Source of the DNA: an uncultured delta proteobacterium
GTDB lineage: Bacteria > Desulfobacterota > Syntrophobacteria > BM002
Direction of reading: 5' to 3'
DNA: 21,327 bases
NCBI GenBank assembly: GCA_963712115.1
Contig: CAVQGX010000048.1
Span: 1-21,327, forward strand
The position numbers and the translations under genes were made by a program. The notes under the pieces were generated by a model. The model did no database searches, was not told where the DNA came from, and worked only from the letters and a program-made list of their open reading frames with translations. Below are positions 17,704 through 21,327 of this stretch, piece after piece. Positions within the stretch are counted from its first letter, which is position 1; the number at the start of each line of letters is the position of its first letter.

Positions 17704-18759
17704 ATGATGAAACAGCTCTTAAAAGAAGTCCTTCCTCCGTCAGCAATCGGCTGGCTCCAACGATTGAAGCTCAATTATTCTTTATCCCGTCGATACAAGC
17801 GAATGCCGTTTGAAATCGGCGATATTCTACCAGGATCTTTTAAGACGACCTAGGAGTCTGTCGGAGTACCTCTTTATTGGACACTTGGTGGTCATCGTGG
17901 CCCTAATGGGACCCTAAAACGGCGAATGGAGTGGTCAACGTTAGTCAGAATGCCAGTGCGACTGAACCTTGCGTCCCTATTTTTCCATTGAGAGCTAGTT
18001 AGTCCGACACACTCCTAGGCTGATCTTGAGGAAAAACACTCACCTGAGTTTAAAAAAATTATGGCTAAAATGGTGAGCTTCCTCGGCGCAGGTCCGATTG
18101 GCCCCAACAAGTATTGGGAATACCCGTGGGTCATTAAAAACCTAGATTTAAAACCGGGCATGACTTTTCTAGATGCCGGGTGTGGCCGTGCCCCGATTCA
18201 ATATTTTTTGGCTGACCTAGGAATTCGGGTCAGTGGAATTGACCCAGAGGAAAACGTAGCTTGGCATGGAATTGACCGAAGATTGGCTAGAAAATTTTCT
18301 TTGGATATCGACTACCGAGTAGAGGGGATGGAGAAGATAAGTTATCCGGACGAGTTCTTCGATCGAGTCGCCTCCGTTTCTGTACTTAAGCACTGTCGTG
18401 CGAAGCCAGTTAAAAAAGAGTGGACTGTTCCTCAGAATGCTGAAGATCGAAAACTTCACGGCAAAATGATTCAGGAAATGGCCCGCGTGCTTAAGAATGG
18501 CGGGCTCCTCATAATCACACTCGATATTATCTTCCCGAAAAATGGAGCGATCTTAGAGGCCAATATCGACGTTAAAAACCTCATCGACTGCGGCAAAGCT
18601 GATGGCCTTGACCTGTTGGGTTTTGAGGGGCCCGAAGCGTATTACGGATACGAGGGTTTTGATATCCATACTCTCGAAAAACGACCGGGGCTTGATATCC
18701 AGGATTACGAAGGAATCGTGGGTACCTCTTTGGGCTTGGTGTTTAAGAAGTTGCCTTAA
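17704..18759 (+). pseudogene. Class I SAM-dependent methyltransferase with its 5' part interrupted by a MITE (catalytic part 18061-18759 intact)
   Basis: WEYPW, FLDAGCG, YPDEFFDRV, EMARVLKNGGLL. The upstream 49-codon ORF MMKQLLKEVLPP...GSFKTT (17704-17853) is in frame with the downstream part once the MITE is removed. Confidence 0.75.
17850..18018. mobile_element. MITE, 161 bp, with CTAG direct repeats
   Basis: TIRs GAGTCTGTCGGAGTA (17854-17868) and TAGTCCGACACACTC (18000-18014), 13/15 matching. CTAG on both sides; no transposase. Confidence 0.85.
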
Positions 18760-18988
18760 GCAACTTTCCGCTCTTCAGACTGTGTCTTAGGAAGCGATAT
18801 CTCAAAGGTAGTATGAGGGGTGCCAGAGGGAATCTCGAAGTGACCGCCATGATCGAGAACAACTCTTCGTGAGATACTCAGACCCAGCCCCGTGCCTTTT
18901 CCTACTCTCTTAGTCGTAAAAAACGGCTGCAAGAAGGACAGTTACCTGATGAGGTTATTGATAAAGTGCTGCATTGGTTGAAAGAGAT

Positions 18989-19120
18989 GTGGCACAAACT
19001 CAGAGAACCCCCCTTACACCTTTTAAATGCCCCAAGTGCAAACTCACCATCATGGCTATACCAGATGACAAAGTGTGTCCTGTCTGCGGGAGTTCGTTGC
19101 AGCAACTTGTGAAGCGTTGA
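18989..19120 (+). CDS. Small zinc-ribbon protein (43 aa)
   Basis: GTG start; MAQTQRTPLTPFKCPKCKLTIMAIPDDKVCPVCGSSLQQLVKR with CPKC and CPVCG. Shorter than any ORF in the supplied track. Confidence 0.6.
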   Translation: MAQTQRTPLTPFKCPKCKLTIMAIPDDKVCPVCGSSLQQLVKR

Positions 19121-19124
19121 AAGC

Positions 19125-19234
19125 CAACTATATTTTGTACCGACATGAAACTCAGCAAAGTGTAAATTAAGGGATGTTATGCAAAGTCTGATCACATCCC
19201 TTCCTGCTACCCACCTCACTTTCTCTGGTTGCCC
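19125..19234 (+). repeat. Composite box + dif-like site, copy B
   Basis: CTATATTTTG 19128-19137, 22 bp, GTGTAAATTAA-GGGATG-TTATGCAAAGT 19160-19187, tail CCTCACTTTCTCTGGTTGCCC. Confidence 0.85.
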
Positions 19235-19353
19235 ACAATTGGAATTTTATTTCTCAAAATATGACCTAAAATGCCTAGGCTTCCATACCTGGTTTTCAGC
19301 ATAATACCGGCTAAGCTATTATAGATAAACGAAAAACCAACCAGACTCCTGCC

Positions 19354-19368
19354 TGGCACAATTATTGT
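19354..19368 (+). promoter_or_regulatory. Sigma-54-like promoter candidate before the tRNA-like element
   Basis: TGGCAC-AATTA-TTGT (GT in place of GC at -12). Predicted start about 19380, just before the tRNA-like 5' end. Confidence 0.45.
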
Positions 19369-19386
19369 TTAGTCAAGATGCATTGT

Positions 19387-19464
19387 GGAGGCGAGACTCA
19401 GCAGTTGGGACAATAAAAGTTTGCGGTGCTGGGGTCGTGGGTTCGACTCCCACCGCCTCCACCA
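19387..19464 (+). ncRNA. tRNA-like RNA / degenerate tRNA gene
   Basis: 78 nt: acceptor stem GGAGGCG/CGCCTCC, discriminator A, encoded CCA, perfect T-arm GTGGG-TTCGACT-CCCAC. D and anticodon stems do not pair canonically. Confidence 0.7.
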
Positions 19465-19481
19465 AACAAGGAAAATGTTGA

Positions 19482-19769
19482 ATGATGCTCCCCTGCTCAC
19501 AATGTAGCAAGATATGTTTTCTAGATGACTTCCATGAGATTGACTACTCTGCTGAGGGATTCTCTGCTTTCTGCAGCAAGGAGTGCAAGGATAATTGGTA
19601 CTCAAGAGTACCTCCAGAGTATGATTCTGACTGCACTTGTGAGGGGTGCAAAAGGACACTCGGGCAGGGAAAATCACCTGTTGAATTTTGGTCCTATACA
19701 GAACCTTATTATTTCTGTGGTCAAATGTGCAGAGATAAGTGGTTACTGGGCATTTCGGATAACCTGTAG
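19482..19769 (+). CDS. Small Cys-rich protein with two tandem TRASH/FCS-like metal-binding motifs
   Basis: CSQC...FCSKECKDNW and CEGC...FCGQMCRDKW. Confidence 0.7.
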   Translation: MMLPCSQCSKICFLDDFHEIDYSAEGFSAFCSKECKDNWYSRVPPEYDSDCTCEGCKRTLGQGKSPVEFWSYTEPYYFCGQMCRDKWLLGISDNL

Positions 19770-19803
19770 CCAAATTCGAATCACCTCTGAGATAGGAAAT
19801 AAT

Positions 19804-19980
19804 TTGAGAGCAAACCGAGGCATTCGGGCATTAATAAAGATTTACAAGAATATATTCCGCATTCCAGAGAACCTTAATCACTACTTAGAGAAAGACCACA
19901 GAGCCGCAGAAAGGAAATTCCTGAAGCATGCGCTAGAATAGCGCAGAATCGAAAACGAAGAAGAACTTTTCGAAGAATGA
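19804..19980 (+). pseudogene. Small hypothetical gene with an internal amber codon at 19939-19941
   Basis: TTG start after ATAGGA; MRANRGIRALIKIYKNIFRIPENLNHYLEKDHRAAERKFLKHALE*RRIENEEELFEE*. The final TGA overlaps the next ATG (ATGA). Confidence 0.45.
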
Positions 19981-20066
19981 TACCTTCGCCTACTCCAAAA
20001 GATTTAACTGTCATGATTTTCCTCGCTTTTGCCTGGTGGTTATTGTTAGTCGGGATAGTCCTCTAA
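19977..20066 (+). CDS. Possible 29-aa single-TM peptide
   Basis: MIPSPTPKDLTVMIFLAFAWWLLLVGIVL; ATGA overlap with the upstream frame. Confidence 0.35.
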   Translation: MIPSPTPKDLTVMIFLAFAWWLLLVGIVL

Positions 20067-20116
20067 ATGGCGCAGCAGTGAAAACAGATTAGGCACATAT
20101 TCATTTTTCAAAGAAC

Positions 20117-20290
20117 ATGAAAAATATTGCTTGCTACGTTCTATGGGGATTCCTCGTCCTTCTCCTCATTAGTTTTTCTACCGCACTTCTGGAAACATTA
20201 TTGCACGTCAGGATACACTATTACTTAATAAATACAGTTTTCGTCCTGGCCCTGGTAGCTCTGCACTACTTTAAATTTCGCAAGAGTTGA
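20117..20290 (+). CDS. Small two-TM membrane protein (57 aa)
   Basis: MKNIACYVLWGFLVLLLISFSTALLETLLHVRIHYYLINTVFVLALVALHYFKFRKS: two hydrophobic segments with basic ends; weak SD. Confidence 0.55.
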   Translation: MKNIACYVLWGFLVLLLISFSTALLETLLHVRIHYYLINTVFVLALVALHYFKFRKS

Positions 20291-20420
20291 ATACACATAC
20301 ACGGCCTTATCCATAAAATCCTCTCCACCTGGCTCTACCGGACTCACCCACCCAATTCCCTGAATACCTCGGCACTGAAATCAGCTCTTCTTTAATTTCT
20401 ATCATGGTTGCCTTAACCTC

Positions 20421-20515
20421 TGCCAATATCTTGTGTCAGAGTAAATTCCAGGATAGTGTGAATTAAGGGATGTAATGCAAAGTCTGCCCCCCCTCCATGC
20501 TGCCACCCCCACTTT
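20421..20515 (+). repeat. Composite box + dif-like site, copy C
   Basis: CAATATCTTG 20424-20433, 22 bp, GTGTGAATTAA-GGGATG-TAATGCAAAGT 20456-20483, tail GCTGCCACCCCCACTTT. Confidence 0.85.
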
Positions 20516-20528
20516 GAGTCAAGACCTA

Positions 20529-20544
20529 TGGCATAATTAGTGCA
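20529..20544 (+). promoter_or_regulatory. Sigma-54 (-24/-12) promoter candidate
   Basis: TGG-CATAATTAGT-GCA, about 45 bp upstream of the PilZ gene. Confidence 0.65.
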
Positions 20545-20586
20545 TCTCTGCTCCCCAAAAACAAATCAATCTGGGAGAAACGTAAG

Positions 20587-20970
20587 ATGCTTGGAAAACC
20601 TGGTATTAAATATCCAAAAGCTCCAGTTAAATGGTACGTTTCAGCGCAAGCTGGTAGTAAGGAAATTGCCGGAGTAACAAAGGAACTTAGTACACGCCAA
20701 GCGTATATTTGTTGCTCTGAACCATTACGCCTTAAAGAAGTTTTTGATTTGGTGATTGCTTCTCCTGAGCGTGACATACCGATCAAAGCAGAAGTCGTCT
20801 GGTCGAATAAATACGGATATGATGACCAAATTACGCCGCGTGGAATGGGTGTTCGCTTTGTAGAAATCTCTGAAGAAGACCGAAGACTCATTGCCGAAGT
20901 GGTAAACGAGCATGATCTAGTGAAGATTGCGGCTGATTATCTGGATACCTTGGAGACAGACAATAATTGA
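20587..20970 (+). CDS. PilZ domain protein (degenerate c-di-GMP motifs), paralog of 1418-1822
   Basis: SD GGGAG; AEVVWSNKYGYDDQITPRGMGVRF versus VEVVWTNIYGPDDDLTPRGMGVRF in the 1418 gene. Confidence 0.85.
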   Translation: MLGKPGIKYPKAPVKWYVSAQAGSKEIAGVTKELSTRQAYICCSEPLRLKEVFDLVIASPERDIPIKAEVVWSNKYGYDDQITPRGMGVRFVEISEEDRRLIAEVVNEHDLVKIAADYLDTLETDNN

Positions 20971-21105
20971 AAATTTGCGCACCAGTTGACCCTAAATCTG
21001 CAGTCCTCAAAATAACAACTGTATCTCAAAAGCGTCAGCTACACTTTTTACGTCCCTGGGCTCCAACGCGACCCCTACGGTCTGAGTTCGCTCTCGCTTG
21101 ACAGA

Positions 21106-21260
21106 TATCAATATCTTGTGCCAGATCAAATTCTCGCCGAGTGTGAATTAAGGGATGTAATATTAAGCCCGACTGAGATCCTTGGGAATTAAGCATTGTT
21201 CGATCTTATTTCAGCTCAAACCTGTCCGTACTGCCAACCTCACTTTCTCTGTGGTTGCCC
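21106..21260 (+). repeat. Composite box + dif-like site, copy D
   Basis: CAATATCTTG 21109-21118, 22 bp, GTGTGAATTAA-GGGATG-TAATATTAAGC 21141-21168, longer insert, tail CCTCACTTTCTCTGTGGTTGCCC. Confidence 0.85.
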
Positions 21261-21327
21261 GGAGTGCAGGGACCACATCAGACTTTTTTCCTATTTACAT
21301 AAGAATTGTTTTATAATAAAATAAGTA

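Noticed and set aside
19387-19464. Functional canonical tRNA or complete tmRNA
   Set aside because: D and anticodon stems do not pair, and it is far too short for tmRNA with no tag reading frame.
19525-19803. N-terminal part of ORF 19525-19941 and antisense ORFs 18902-19219 and 19369-19773
   Set aside because: They overlap the better-supported Cys-rich gene, the tRNA-like element and repeat B; only the part from about 19804 looks coding.
2455-20913. Remaining short antisense or overlapping ORFs in the track
   Set aside because: They are shadows of recognised genes and have no motifs of their own.
12566-21168. CRISPR array or integron attC reading of the four repeats
   Set aside because: Intervals are 0.7-6.6 kb and contain genes; there are no cas genes and no RYYYAAC...GTTRRRY ends.
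21292-21319. XerD-like arm TTATGTAAATA on the minus strand near the window end
   Set aside because: The partner arm does not fit, the region is very AT-rich, and the context is cut off by the window edge.

Overview
Accessory region, probably from a Desulfobacterota (deltaproteobacterial) genome; the host is inferred from gene families and intergenic repeat style. The left half holds a large uncharacterised gene running off the window (missed by the ORF track), three PilZ genes (two with sigma-54-like promoters), a GNAT/D-cysteine-desulfhydrase pair bracketed by inverted heptamer-periodic repeats, a CsgG-like lipoprotein, and a frameshifted membrane kinase divergent from a frameshifted TPR-CHAT protease gene. 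The right half is a mosaic: an IS1111-type (IS110 family) element whose non-coding end carries readable target and donor guides (bridge/seekRNA), a 7-repeat PKD surface protein, an IS200 element, a MITE inside a methyltransferase gene, two thermonuclease remnants, a tRNA-like RNA, several tiny genes and a fourth PilZ gene. The main signal is a composite DNA site present four times in direct orientation, with a possible fifth inverted copy. It consists of an NrdR-box-like palindrome, exactly 22 bp, and a 28-bp dif/Xer-like site. Each copy lies downstream of co-oriented small genes, as in a cassette array, and the IS1111 RNA guides match the copy it interrupts. All alignments were done by eye; no searches were run.
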